A DNA stretch of 64,000 bases, from contig CAVWKZ010000008.1 of the NCBI GenBank assembly GCA_963755765.1, forward strand, positions 615,695 to 679,694. The letters run 5' to 3'. The position numbers and the translations under genes were made by a program. This document shows positions 46,968 through 58,578 of this stretch, piece by piece (positions within the stretch are counted from its first letter, which is position 1; the number at the start of each line of letters is the position of its first letter). Below the pieces are notes generated by a model, which worked only from the letters and a program-made list of their open reading frames with translations, did not search any database and was not told the DNA's origin. This DNA comes from an uncultured Acidobacteriaceae bacterium (GTDB lineage: Bacteria > Acidobacteriota > Terriglobia > Terriglobales > Acidobacteriaceae).

Positions 46968-48263
46968 CTATCCGACTTCTTCGCCCCAATTTTCGAGCGT
47001 CTTCTTCACCAGGGCCATGAACTGGTCAGCAACGGCGCCATCGATGATGCGATGGTCGTAACCCAGCGTCAGGTGGACGACAGAACGAATGGCGATGGAA
47101 TCTGCGCCGTCTTTGTCGGTGATCACCATGGGCTGTTTGGTGATGCCGCCGACGCCCATGATGGCCACGTTCGGCTGATTGATGATGGGTAATCCGAATA
47201 CGGCCCCAAACTGACCGGGATTAGTGATGGTGAATGTTGCTCCTTCGACATCAGTCGGCATGAGCTTCTTGGTACGAGATCGCTCGCCCAGGTCGGTGAT
47301 GCCGCGCTGCAGCCCGAGGAAGTTGAGTTCGTCGGCGCTCTTGAGCACGGGAACGATGAGTCCCCAATCGAGCGCAACCGCGATGCCCGCATTGACGTGC
47401 TTGTGATAACGAATGTTGTCGCCTTCAAGCGAGCTGTTGACGATCGGATACTGCTGCAACGCGATGATGGCAGCGCGCACAAAGAAGGGCATGAAAGTAA
47501 GTCGCGCTCCGTGGCGCTGCTCAAAACCGTTCTTGAGCTTGTTGCGCAAATTGACGATGCGGGTAAGGTCCACTTCGAACATGCAGTGGACGTGAGCGCT
47601 GGTGCGACGCGATTCGATCATGCGCTGTGCAATGATCCTGCGCATGTTTGACATGGGCACCAGATCGCCCGGAATGGCGACTGGCGCTGGAGCCGAGGCT
47701 GGGCGAGCGACGGGAGCTGCAGTCGGAGTGGAAGTTCGAGAAGAACCGCGGTGCTCCACGAAATCGAGGACGTCCTGCTTAGTGACGCGCCCGCCGGTGC
47801 CCGTGCCACTCACCCTTGCGAGATCCACATTGTTTTCGCGGGCGAGCTTGCGGACCAGCGGCGAGGAGCGGACGTCGGAACCCTCTTCGTCGTCATTCTG
47901 CGGGGCGCTCGTGGCCGCTGCGGGCGGAGGAGCGGGAGCTTCCCTGGTAGCTTCCTTTTTTGCGGGCGCCGGAGCCGCGGGAGCAGGAGCAGTGGCCTTG
48001 GCGGATGCCGAAGCCGAAGCGCCGTTGCCGTCGCCGATCACTCCGACAACCGTGTTGACCTGAACTGTGCTGCCTTCAGAAACCTTGATTTCCTGAAGGA
48101 CTCCGCTGGCGGGTGCGGGAATTTCGGCGTCAACCTTGTCGGTCGAAATCTCGAATAGAGGTTCGTCGCGCTGGACCTTTTCACCAGTCTTTTTCAGCCA
48201 CTTGGTGATGGTCCCTTCGAAAATTGATTCGCCCATCTGGGGCATGACTACGTCAGTCGGCAT
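46968..48263 (-). CDS. 2-oxoacid dehydrogenase E2 component (dihydrolipoamide acyltransferase)
   Basis: Lipoyl domain (EISTDKVDAEIPAP), E3-binding domain (SSPLVRKLARENNVDL..V.GTG.GGRVTKQDV) and catalytic DHRIIDGA. The substrate class is not assignable from the sequence alone. Confidence 0.9.
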   Translation of the reverse strand: MPTDVVMPQMGESIFEGTITKWLKKTGEKVQRDEPLFEISTDKVDAEIPAPASGVLQEIKVSEGSTVQVNTVVGVIGDGNGASASASAKATAPAPAAPAPAKKEATREAPAPPPAAATSAPQNDDEEGSDVRSSPLVRKLARENNVDLARVSGTGTGGRVTKQDVLDFVEHRGSSRTSTPTAAPVARPASAPAPVAIPGDLVPMSNMRRIIAQRMIESRRTSAHVHCMFEVDLTRIVNLRNKLKNGFEQRHGARLTFMPFFVRAAIIALQQYPIVNSSLEGDNIRYHKHVNAGIAVALDWGLIVPVLKSADELNFLGLQRGITDLGERSRTKKLMPTDVEGATFTITNPGQFGAVFGLPIINQPNVAIMGVGGITKQPMVITDKDGADSIAIRSVVHLTLGYDHRIIDGAVADQFMALVKKTLENWGEEVG

Positions 48264-48416
48264 TGTTCCCTTTCCATAAAGCCCCGCGCGGATGGCGGGA
48301 GGGCAAAAAACATTATAGCGAAGGCGGGAGTAGCAGTGCTCGCGCCGTCACGAGTGCGCCGGAATCGCTTCGAGTTCACGGAGCAGTAAGGATAAGGGTT
48401 AAGGACTTAAAGACCG

Positions 48417-50480
48417 ATGAAGAAACTATTCTCAGTTGTATTTTTCTGTCAGCTAGCCTTCGGGCAAGCAGGATACTCGGGTTCCTGGCTGTCCTCGGGA
48501 TCCGCGGCGTATGGCGCCGCGGCTGGAGCACCCGCGTTTTTCGCCGCGCTGCCCTTGAATTGGGTCGACAACACGGTCTGCAATCCGCCCGACGGCACCT
48601 ACGATACGACCGTGATCCTCGGCACCACCAACAACATTGGCCCGAATGTCGCGGGAAGTTCGATCGGCTCTCCCTACGCTTTGACGCCCGCGGGCTTGCT
48701 CGATGCCATGAATAACTGGCGCGACAACGCTGACAATGCCAGCCAGACGCCGCACTTTGCCGACAAGTGGTGGCTGATCGAAGTGCCCGCCGAGAGCACC
48801 GGCACGGTCCTGCATGGTTCGACGTTTGACGCCAACAACGCCCTGATCAGCCTTCCTGGCAAAGTGAATGGCTCGACCGAGCCCGCGAAATGTCTGGTCA
48901 TCGATTCCACCACTCCCCTGACCGCGGGCCAGATGGCTTGCGCACGCGGGCTGCCCGGCTTTGGGGGGGCGCGCAATCCAGGCTGCGCCTCGCCCAACGA
49001 CAAGAACTCGATGTGGAAGGTGCAACTCGACTCTGTCCCCGCGCCTGGCTATATCGGCGTCTACCTGGGTGAGGATCTGGCGAATCCGTCCTTCTGCCCC
49101 GCGGGTGGCTGCTGGGTCAATCACGTCGTCCTCAAGGACATCGAAGTGACGCTGGCACCCGGAGCGGCGCAGAGCGCGGCCAATGTTCACGCGCCGCAGT
49201 TGTTGCAAGTCAACAGCAACCCGCTGAATATCATTCCCTGCGTAGGCTGCCAGGCCGTGGATTACATTGGGCTCGACCGCTACTACGTGCATGGCTGGGA
49301 CCCCGGCGACGCAGGCCAGCCTTCGGGTGCATGCGCGGCGTGGACCAATACCGGTACGGTTACGGTCGCTGCGGACGGCTACGGCAACAGCACAGTCACC
49401 CGCGTCAGTGGCGCTTATTACGGTATGACGTTCACCGTGGGATCGTCGGTTACCATCAACGGCTCTACGTACAGCATCGCCAGCGATGCCTCCGGCCTGA
49501 CCGCTGGCATTCTCAACGGCACGCAAAACGCGCAATTCACCATCACCGGCACCCCGGCGGTTTCCGGCACGGTGTCGCTTTCGCAATCGAATCCGCCATC
49601 GCAGTATGCCAACGGCTGCGGCGACGATGTGCAGACTGCGGTGCAGTTCCATTGCGACTACTGCTGGCGTCAGAACGGCTACATCGAGAAAATCCACTGG
49701 TGGGGCGGCGAGTCTCATGCGTCAGCGCAAGGCTTCAATAACGGCCCGGAAAAGGAAGTGGACAACTGGGAGGAGGGCGGATCAGCCGCCTGGTTCAGTG
49801 GCGGCGCTGGGGTCGATTCGCGCGGCGGCCCCGGATCAGACAACGAGATCCGGCGCAACTATTTTGGCCGCGACCTGAACTACCGGCAGTTGACGGGAGC
49901 GGCGCTGCGCAGTCCCTCGCCGCCCTGGGGCTGTGGCAACGTCGATGGCACCTCTTCCCACAACACCTGCCCTTTCAGTTGGGCAGTCAAGAACTCGGTG
50001 GAACTGAAGCTGGGCCATCGCAATCTGTTTGACGGCAACATCATCGAAAATTCCTGGGCCGACGGGCAGTCCGAGTGGTGCATCGTGGTCAGCCCGCGGA
50101 CCTGCTCGGGCGGCCAAACCTGCGGGATCTACGATTCGGTCACCGGCTTGCCGCGGACTTACATTGACAACATCCGAATGTCGAATAACTGGATCCGCAA
50201 CTGCCCGTCGGCCGCGAGCACCGGAAGCCGCTCGGGGAGTGACGGTAACGGCGGTGGCGTCAGTCTGCCCTCAGAGGACAACGACTACATCAACAACCTC
50301 TGGTCGAACATTAATGATGTGAACCAGACCGGCAATCCGGACAATCAGTGGGAGTGGGGCCAGGGGCAGGATTACTTTACCTGCGCCATGTCCTATACGT
50401 TCGAGCAGCCCGTACACGGTCACCGCGCAGTGTGTTCCCTACCAGCAGGACATTTCCTGCAACATCTCAAAGATTGCTAG
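48417..50480 (+). CDS. Large secreted Cys/Gly/Asn-rich protein, possibly beta-helix
   Basis: 687 aa with signal peptide MKKLFSVVFFCQLAFGQA and many paired Cys. Repeats such as NxxxNNWIRN suggest a parallel beta-helix, but this is a weak impression. The last 25 or so residues look non-native (see findings). Confidence 0.6.
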   Translation: MKKLFSVVFFCQLAFGQAGYSGSWLSSGSAAYGAAAGAPAFFAALPLNWVDNTVCNPPDGTYDTTVILGTTNNIGPNVAGSSIGSPYALTPAGLLDAMNNWRDNADNASQTPHFADKWWLIEVPAESTGTVLHGSTFDANNALISLPGKVNGSTEPAKCLVIDSTTPLTAGQMACARGLPGFGGARNPGCASPNDKNSMWKVQLDSVPAPGYIGVYLGEDLANPSFCPAGGCWVNHVVLKDIEVTLAPGAAQSAANVHAPQLLQVNSNPLNIIPCVGCQAVDYIGLDRYYVHGWDPGDAGQPSGACAAWTNTGTVTVAADGYGNSTVTRVSGAYYGMTFTVGSSVTINGSTYSIASDASGLTAGILNGTQNAQFTITGTPAVSGTVSLSQSNPPSQYANGCGDDVQTAVQFHCDYCWRQNGYIEKIHWWGGESHASAQGFNNGPEKEVDNWEEGGSAAWFSGGAGVDSRGGPGSDNEIRRNYFGRDLNYRQLTGAALRSPSPPWGCGNVDGTSSHNTCPFSWAVKNSVELKLGHRNLFDGNIIENSWADGQSEWCIVVSPRTCSGGQTCGIYDSVTGLPRTYIDNIRMSNNWIRNCPSAASTGSRSGSDGNGGGVSLPSEDNDYINNLWSNINDVNQTGNPDNQWEWGQGQDYFTCAMSYTFEQPVHGHRAVCSLPAGHFLQHLKDC

Positions 50481-50499
50481 CATCTCGAACGTCGTCACT

Positions 50500-51624
50500 G
50501 TGTATGACGGCGAGCGCATGGACCCACTTCTCTGTACGTCTGGGAACACCACGGCTTGCGCCGCTGCCGGGCAGACGATAGTCATCTCTAACCACCCCGG
50601 CTGGAACGGCGCGTTCGCCATGTCGGGAACGAGCGGCAACTGGGCGGCGGCCGGCACCGGCGGCAACAACGTCATCTACACCGACCCCGTCAACGCTCCC
50701 GGAACGGCCACGCTCTGCGACAACACCACTTCGACCAAATGCTCAGCGCTGCTCAATACGGGAGACGTGACCTTCGCCTCGCTCGGTTTTAAGATGACCG
50801 ACATTTCGGTGGGCGACGATGTTTACGCTTATAACCTCGGCGGCGGCGACACCACCTGCACCGGTAACGGCTATGCGGTGGGCGCGGCTTCGCCGGCGGT
50901 TTATGCGATCACCGGCACGGTGACGACGGGGATGACCGTCCAATACCAGATCGCCACGCAACCGAGCGCGGGGAGCGCCAACTGCATCATTAACAATGGC
51001 GCCGGCTTCCCGAAGTACATCACGTTCCAGTCGAACACCTGGCTCAGTCCCAACCAAAGCACCATCCAGAACGGCCAAACCTGGCAGCAGGAGATCGGCA
51101 ATCAGATATTCAATAACGTGTGGGCCGACAACGATTCAGGCTACAACTCAGACGTAAACTGCAACGGCGCAACCAAGGAAGGCACCTTGTCTTTCGCCTG
51201 TTGGGACGCGAACACTTTTCAGTTCTATAGCAACGTGATGACGGGCCGGAACAGCGCTTATTGGAGCGTGGTGAGCTGCCCCGGTGGAAACTGCACGAAT
51301 GCCTTCCCTGCCACCGTGAACTGTGCCGGATCAAGCGCGGACCCAACCTGTCTCGGCTACGAGGGTTTTATGGGATCCAGTCCGACCGTAACATATCCCG
51401 CTGGAGCCTGCGTCTACGACGGCTCTAACCCATTCAACTGTCCTTTGATGGCGCTACCGTGGGCCAACAACTTCACCTATACGGACGTGTCTTACGTTGG
51501 CTCCAGCTCCTACTCCACCCAGGGAGTCAACACAACGCAACTGAACAACGCCATGACCCAGACCGAGTACGTCTGTCCCGCTGGTGGTAACTGCGGAGCG
51601 CACGGACCTTACCCAGATAACTAG
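50500..51624 (+). CDS. Cys/Gly/Asn/Thr-rich extracellular-type protein without its own signal peptide (may be the continuation of 48417-50480)
   Basis: 374 aa from a GTG start. Its frame is open upstream to 50323 and reads protein-like sequence from about 50410 onward. Confidence 0.5.
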   Translation: MYDGERMDPLLCTSGNTTACAAAGQTIVISNHPGWNGAFAMSGTSGNWAAAGTGGNNVIYTDPVNAPGTATLCDNTTSTKCSALLNTGDVTFASLGFKMTDISVGDDVYAYNLGGGDTTCTGNGYAVGAASPAVYAITGTVTTGMTVQYQIATQPSAGSANCIINNGAGFPKYITFQSNTWLSPNQSTIQNGQTWQQEIGNQIFNNVWADNDSGYNSDVNCNGATKEGTLSFACWDANTFQFYSNVMTGRNSAYWSVVSCPGGNCTNAFPATVNCAGSSADPTCLGYEGFMGSSPTVTYPAGACVYDGSNPFNCPLMALPWANNFTYTDVSYVGSSSYSTQGVNTTQLNNAMTQTEYVCPAGGNCGAHGPYPDN

Positions 51625-51666
51625 CGGCGAGCGTCGCATGAAAACTGCGCATGGAGCATACCCACA

Positions 51667-52113
51667 TTGAACCTTACTCCCCACTTTACTTTGGAAGAGA
51701 TGACTTATTCGGAAGCGGCCACACGCCTTGGCCTCGACAACACGCCAACTCCGGCGGTGGCAGCTAACCTGAGCCTTGTAGCTGCATTCATGGAAAGAAT
51801 AAGGACGCTGCTCGGCGACAAGCCCATCGTTGTGCACAGCGGCTATCGCTCGGCGGAGGTGAACCAGGCGGTGGGCGGAGTGAACACAAGCGCTCACTGC
51901 CACGGCCTGGCGTGCGACTTCGTTTGCCCCGATTTCGGTAGTCCAGCGGAAGTCGCGTTGGCCATCATGAAGTCCGACATCGAATACGACCAACTCATCC
52001 TCGAGTACGGGTGGGTGCACTTTGGTCTGTCGCAAGAAGGATTGTTATCCCGCCACGAAGCCTTCACGAAGCGTTCGCCAAAGGCGGCGTACGAGCCCGG
52101 CATCAGAGTTTGA
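51667..52113 (+). CDS. Peptidase M15A-type cell-wall hydrolase (endolysin-like), no signal peptide
   Basis: HFTLEEMTYSEAATRLGLDNTP... then VHSGYRSAEVNQAVGGVNTSAHCHGLACDF and WVHFGL (the H/D/H zinc pattern of Peptidase_M15_3). TTG start. Confidence 0.8.
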   Translation: MNLTPHFTLEEMTYSEAATRLGLDNTPTPAVAANLSLVAAFMERIRTLLGDKPIVVHSGYRSAEVNQAVGGVNTSAHCHGLACDFVCPDFGSPAEVALAIMKSDIEYDQLILEYGWVHFGLSQEGLLSRHEAFTKRSPKAAYEPGIRV

Positions 52114-52185
52114 TGCCTTCACGCCCCACTATCTCAATCGTCGTAACGCCATCATGTCGAAGCGCCATCATAAGGAGATAATATT

Positions 52186-52368
52186 TTGAAAAAGTACGCT
52201 CCCTATCTACCCACAGTTGTGTTACTGCTCACCGCGCTCGCAAACGCCGCGACGCCGGCGATTGCAACGTTCTGGACGAATCATGCCGCAGCGGCAGCGG
52301 TCTTTGCTCCGCTGGCCGTTATTGTGGCGCACTGGCTGCCTTCGCCATACACCGGTGCGAAGTCATGA
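52186..52368 (+). CDS. Holin-like small membrane protein (two TM segments)
   Basis: 60 aa. TM1 is LPTVVLLLTALANAA and TM2 is AAAVFAPLAVIVAHWL. TTG start. The stop overlaps the next start (ATGA). Confidence 0.4.
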   Translation: MKKYAPYLPTVVLLLTALANAATPAIATFWTNHAAAAAVFAPLAVIVAHWLPSPYTGAKS

Positions 52369-52697
52369 TGACACTGGCGCAGATCGCTCCCACTTTTTGG
52401 ACCAGCTATGGCGCAGCCGCGATTGCTCTCGTCGGCTTTCTTCTGAACGGCCTTCTCGCATTCGGGGCGGCGCAGAAATTGGCTGGCCAACGCGAGCAGC
52501 AGGGACTCGCCGATCAGGCGTCGAAGAAGGAGCACATGGCGCAGTCCAACGTGCGTGATATTGCCATCGCGGCGCTGCAGGCCATGGGAAACAGCAATGA
52601 GGCTACTGTAAAAGGCATTCAAGGGCAGCTGCTTCTAATCCAGGCGGAACTTCAGGAGCTTCGCAACCGAGCAGGGTCGTCGCGCGACCGCAGGTAA
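52365..52697 (+). CDS. N-terminally membrane-anchored helical protein (i-spanin-like architecture)
   Basis: 110 aa with TM segment YGAAAIALVGFLLNGLLAFGAA, then a charged helical region (GIQGQLLLIQAELQELRNR). Confidence 0.4.
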   Translation: MMTLAQIAPTFWTSYGAAAIALVGFLLNGLLAFGAAQKLAGQREQQGLADQASKKEHMAQSNVRDIAIAALQAMGNSNEATVKGIQGQLLLIQAELQELRNRAGSSRDRR

Positions 52698-52731
52698 TTC
52701 AATTCCGAAAATAAAAAGGGGAGAACTGTTT

Positions 52732-53337
52732 ATGAGAAAAGTTCTTGTCATTTCGTTGTCTCTGGCCATGTTCTGCACCGGATGTTCGACCGCGTGGGTG
52801 TCAACGCTCGATTCCATCTTGGCCGCGGCAGCGCCGGCGCTGATCAACGTTCTGCAAATCGTGGCTGTCGCCAACGGCCAACCGGTGAACAGCATCCTGG
52901 CAGCGAAGGTTAATGCCGACGCTACGATCGTGAAAACGCTGGCCGCCGACTTTGCAAAAGCGTCGTCAGCAGGCCCCCCGGGAGCTTGTCAACAGTTGCA
53001 AGCGGCCGTGAGCGCATACGAAGCCGATCAGCAACTCGTGCTTCAGGCGGCACAACTTAGCGATCCAAGTACGCAGACGAAGATTACTATGCTGGCTGAC
53101 TTGGTGGCAGGCACGGTGAGCGCGATCACTGCTGTGATTCCGTCATGTGGGAGTACTGCTTCGTTCCAAAATATGAAGGCCGCACCGCCCTACAGCCTCT
53201 CTTCCTTTGTCGCTCATTACAACCGCATCCTCGTGGCGCCCACGGGGAATGCAGCGGTGGATGCAGCTACCCGGAAGCTTAAGCTCCATCAACACTCCGC
53301 TCTTGTGCGGTCGGTGACTTTCGGACGGATCCAATAA
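52732..53337 (+). CDS. Lipoprotein, Ala-rich helical
   Basis: Signal peptide with lipobox LAMFCTGC|S. 201 aa. Confidence 0.6.
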   Translation: MRKVLVISLSLAMFCTGCSTAWVSTLDSILAAAAPALINVLQIVAVANGQPVNSILAAKVNADATIVKTLAADFAKASSAGPPGACQQLQAAVSAYEADQQLVLQAAQLSDPSTQTKITMLADLVAGTVSAITAVIPSCGSTASFQNMKAAPPYSLSSFVAHYNRILVAPTGNAAVDAATRKLKLHQHSALVRSVTFGRIQ

Positions 53338-53420
53338 CAAATCGTGCCGGTTGCCTGCGCTCCCGGTTTTCTTGCGCCGATTTCGGGAGCGCCTGAATCT
53401 AACAGCCAAGGCAGGTACAA

Positions 53421-54035
53421 ATGGCTCACGCAAAAGAAACCGCGCACGTGACAAGAATTTCAGACGATGCCCTGAACCAGATCTTTCTACAGGCCCGCAC
53501 CCATAATGCGTGGCTTCCTCGCCGCGTGCCCTTGGAAAAGTTGCGCGAAGTTTATGACCTCGCGCGCTGGGCCCCGACCAGCGCGAATTCCAGTCCCGCT
53601 CGTTTCGTATTCCTCGAAAGCGAAGCAGGTAAGGCACGCCTTCTGCCCGCGCTCGCTCCCACCAACGTCGAAAAGACAAAGGCAGCGCCAGTCACCGTAA
53701 TCGTCGCTTGGGACGCCGAGTTCTACGAGAAACTCCCCAAGCTGTTCCCCCACGCCAATATGCGTCCTTTTTTTTCAGGCAACCAGTCGCTGGCCGAAGA
53801 GACGGCGTTCCGCAACAGCTCGCTCCAGGGAGGCTATTTCATTCTCGCCGCTCGAGCCGTCGGACTTGATTGCGGCCCGATGTCCGGCTTCGACAAGGGG
53901 AAGGTGAACGCGGAATTCTTTCCCGACGGCAAATGGAAAACCAACTTCCTCTGCAATCTCGGCTATGGCGATCACACCAAACTGTTTCCGCGTAGTCCGC
54001 GCCTTGAGTTTGAGGAGGCTTGCCGGGTGCTCTGA
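53421..54035 (+). CDS. Nitroreductase family protein (RutE/YdjA-like)
   Basis: [40 protein letters not shown] is the typical N-terminus of this nitroreductase subfamily. Confidence 0.8.
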   Translation: MAHAKETAHVTRISDDALNQIFLQARTHNAWLPRRVPLEKLREVYDLARWAPTSANSSPARFVFLESEAGKARLLPALAPTNVEKTKAAPVTVIVAWDAEFYEKLPKLFPHANMRPFFSGNQSLAEETAFRNSSLQGGYFILAARAVGLDCGPMSGFDKGKVNAEFFPDGKWKTNFLCNLGYGDHTKLFPRSPRLEFEEACRVL

Positions 54036-54082
54036 GGAGAAGGCTGGAGACGCGGCGAAGCGCGCCAGGAGCTTCGTGCAAC

Positions 54083-55819
<1,737 letters not shown>

Positions 55820-55970
55820 TGTATTTTATATGGGAAGAGCGGATTCGCGGGCTCAGGCTGGATTCAGAGCTCTGGCGCCGCGGTCAGAGAAGTAGCCCGC
55901 GTGATAATCTCCGAGGAGAGCCGGCTTCCTTTCTGTTATCGCCGTTGGAAGCCGTCGGCTTCAATCTTTT

Positions 55971-56801
55971 ATGGCAAATTGCGTTCAATGCGGTCGTCAG
56001 CTTTCCGCTCTTACCTTTGGCAAAAAGATCTGCCCATGGTGCAAGCAGCACGAAGCTGCCCAGCGCGGCGAGGATTCCCCGGTCCAGCGAGTCGAACCCG
56101 CGCCCTGGGTGCAGCGACAATCCAGTTCGATGGTGGTCACTCAGGCAATTTTCGGCATCAACGTAGCGGTCTTCGCGGCCATGCTGCTGGCTGGTGTATC
56201 ACCCGTAGATCCGACCGGCCAGCAACTGGTGGACTGGGGAGCAAATTTCGGCCCTTATACCATCGGTGGCCAGTGGTGGCGGCTGCTGACCTGCGTCTTC
56301 GTCCACATTGGCATCATGCACATCGCCCTTAACATGTGGTGCCTGTGGGGTCTGGGCAGACTCGCCGAGTCGGTCTACGATCGCTGGACCTTCGGCGCGA
56401 TCTACCTGATCACCGGCTTGTCGGCAAGCGTGGCCAGCCTGATTTGGAATCCGGTGGGCGTAAGCGCGGGAGCTTCGGGGGCAATCTTCGGAATCGCCGG
56501 AGCTCTGATTGCCGCTTTTTATCTAGGCGAATTTTCCCTGCCAAAAGCCGTGGTTTCAGGACTTCTAAGAAGTGTGCTGAAGTTCGCCGGCTACAACCTT
56601 GTACTCGGAGCCTTCTTGGGCCACACCGACAACGCCGCTCACGTTGGCGGGCTTGTTTCGGGCTTGATTCTCGGCGCGCTGATCGCCAAAGTCGCTCCGC
56701 AACGGGATGAGTTTGGTCGGCGCCTGGCCGTCCTGTTATTTGGGATTCTGCTGGTCTTCGTCGGAGCGGTCTGGTTGCGGCATGCGCATCCTCATTTTTG
56801 A
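55971..56801 (+). CDS. Rhomboid family intramembrane serine protease with N-terminal zinc ribbon
   Basis: CVQCG...CPWCK. WWRLLTCVFVHIGIMHIALNM, the GASGAIFG catalytic Ser motif and the AAHVGG His motif. Confidence 0.9.
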   Translation: MANCVQCGRQLSALTFGKKICPWCKQHEAAQRGEDSPVQRVEPAPWVQRQSSSMVVTQAIFGINVAVFAAMLLAGVSPVDPTGQQLVDWGANFGPYTIGGQWWRLLTCVFVHIGIMHIALNMWCLWGLGRLAESVYDRWTFGAIYLITGLSASVASLIWNPVGVSAGASGAIFGIAGALIAAFYLGEFSLPKAVVSGLLRSVLKFAGYNLVLGAFLGHTDNAAHVGGLVSGLILGALIAKVAPQRDEFGRRLAVLLFGILLVFVGAVWLRHAHPHF

Positions 56802-56827
56802 GGCAGATCGCCGCCTAGAGCTGTCGC

Positions 56828-58276
56828 CTAAAGCTTCTGAATGGCGTGCGCAATTCTCGCCAGCGTAGTTTCCTTTCCCAGAACCTCCAGCGTTTCAAAT
56901 AACGGCGGAGCATTCTTCCGTCCGCAAACCGCGACTCGAATCGGTTGAAACATCTGTCCCGCCTTGAGACCAAGTTCCTGTGCTGCGGCACGGAGAGCTT
57001 GGTCCAGCGGATCATGTTTGAATTCCGTTTGCGCCAAAACTTCTCTAGCGCGGGTCAAAACTTTGAGCGCCATAGCCGCGTCGCCTTTTTGCGGGATGAG
57101 TTCGGCCGGGTCGTAGGGTGGAAGCTCGTCCACCAGGAAAAAATCGGCCGCGGTCAGAACGTCGCGCAGCAGTTTGATGCGCTCACGAATAAGCGGAGTA
57201 ATAGCCAGCATTTTCTCCGGCGCAATCGGGAATCCAGCGGCGTGGACAATCGGGAGCAGCCGCGCGCTGAGTTCGTCGACGGAAAGCCCGCGGATGTGCT
57301 CAGCGTTCAGCCAGACGGCTTTGGGGTCAAACGTTTCGTCGGGTGTTGCCGCCGGCTCTTTGAAATTAATGACCGCGTTAGAGCGATTGATGCCTTCCAG
57401 AGAAAAGACGTCAATCAGTTCCTGCCGGGTCATGTTTTCACGATCGTCTTTCGGCGACCAGCCCAGCAGGCAAAGAAAATTTATGAAGGCTTCCGGCAGG
57501 AATCCGGCATCGCGATACGTGGTAACGCTGACCACTGGGCCATGTCGGCGCTTGGACAGCTTAGATCCATCAGGCGCGACCAGCAGCGGAAGATGGGCGA
57601 ACTGCGGCGGCTTGGCGCCCGCGCCTTCGAAAATCAGCACGTGCTTGTAGGTATTCGAAAGATGATCCTGGCCGCGAATAACATGGCTGATCCGCAGATC
57701 GATATCATCGGCGCAAGACGCGAGATGATAAGTGGGCATTCCATCGGACCGCAGCAGCGCGAAGTCTTCGATGTCGTCCGCCGATTTGATTTGCTCGCCA
57801 TAAACCGCGTCGTGGAAACGTACCTGCTCGCCGGCGCCGCGCGGAACACGGAAACGAAGAGCGAAAGACTCTCCGGCGTCAGCCCGGCGATCGCTTTCGG
57901 CGCGGGAAAGCTCGCGCATGCCCGGGTTAAAGAGCCACGTTTGATTCGCACCGGACTTTTCAGTGTCGCCCGTGTGTGCGGGCGTAAAGTCGCGATAAGC
58001 CAAGCCCTTCCGAAAGATAGCGTCGGCGATCTGGCGATGCAGAGCCAGACGTTCGGACTGCTTGTACTCCTCGTCCCACCCCAGATCGAGCCAGCGCAGC
58101 CCTTCGAAGATGGAATTAACGGAGGCGTCGCTGTTGCGCTCTACATCGGTGTCATCCAGGCGCAGGACCATAGTTCCTCCATTGCGACGGGCGTAGAGCC
58201 AGTTAAAAATGAAGGTCCGGGCACTGCCGACGTGTAGAAAACCGGTGGGAGACGGGGCAAATCGAACGCGAAGCAT
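56828..58276 (-). CDS. gltX: Glutamate--tRNA ligase
   Basis: [19 protein letters not shown] (HIGH-like) and KLSKRRHG (KMSKS). I trimmed the start to the ATG at 58276. Confidence 0.95.
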   Translation of the reverse strand: MLRVRFAPSPTGFLHVGSARTFIFNWLYARRNGGTMVLRLDDTDVERNSDASVNSIFEGLRWLDLGWDEEYKQSERLALHRQIADAIFRKGLAYRDFTPAHTGDTEKSGANQTWLFNPGMRELSRAESDRRADAGESFALRFRVPRGAGEQVRFHDAVYGEQIKSADDIEDFALLRSDGMPTYHLASCADDIDLRISHVIRGQDHLSNTYKHVLIFEGAGAKPPQFAHLPLLVAPDGSKLSKRRHGPVVSVTTYRDAGFLPEAFINFLCLLGWSPKDDRENMTRQELIDVFSLEGINRSNAVINFKEPAATPDETFDPKAVWLNAEHIRGLSVDELSARLLPIVHAAGFPIAPEKMLAITPLIRERIKLLRDVLTAADFFLVDELPPYDPAELIPQKGDAAMALKVLTRAREVLAQTEFKHDPLDQALRAAAQELGLKAGQMFQPIRVAVCGRKNAPPLFETLEVLGKETTLARIAHAIQKL

Positions 58277-58578
58277 GACTGTTGAGTATAACGGGTTCGA
58301 CCCGCCGCGGAGGCGGAGCAAACCCTCTCTCCCCCCGGCAAATCAAGGTGGTTACCAAGCGATTACGAAGGTAACTCTCCGGCTGAAGATCGCTCTAGCG
58401 CCGTCGCATCACATAAGAAGATACTCTTTGGAACGCCGTGCCCAGGGCGGAACCTGCCAGAAACACCTGTTGTTTCGATCTGTTTCGTGTGACAGGATTA
58501 AGCCAGCACTAAGCCAGTATTCAGCCGACGAGAGTTCCGTCCGGGCGGCAAATCACGAGTGTTTAGGAATATGAATCA

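Noticed and set aside
53357-53392. A 9-bp stem hairpin (gcgctcccg...cgggagcgc) after the lipoprotein gene, as a rho-independent terminator.
   Set aside because: The loop is 18 nt and no T-run follows, so the evidence is insufficient to call a terminator.
43876-53420. Calling the 44-53 kb block a prophage.
   Set aside because: No integrase, terminase, portal, capsid, tail tube or sheath, or att repeats are visible. Only a tail-fibre-like motif and a lysis-type cassette are present, so I report these as separate observations.
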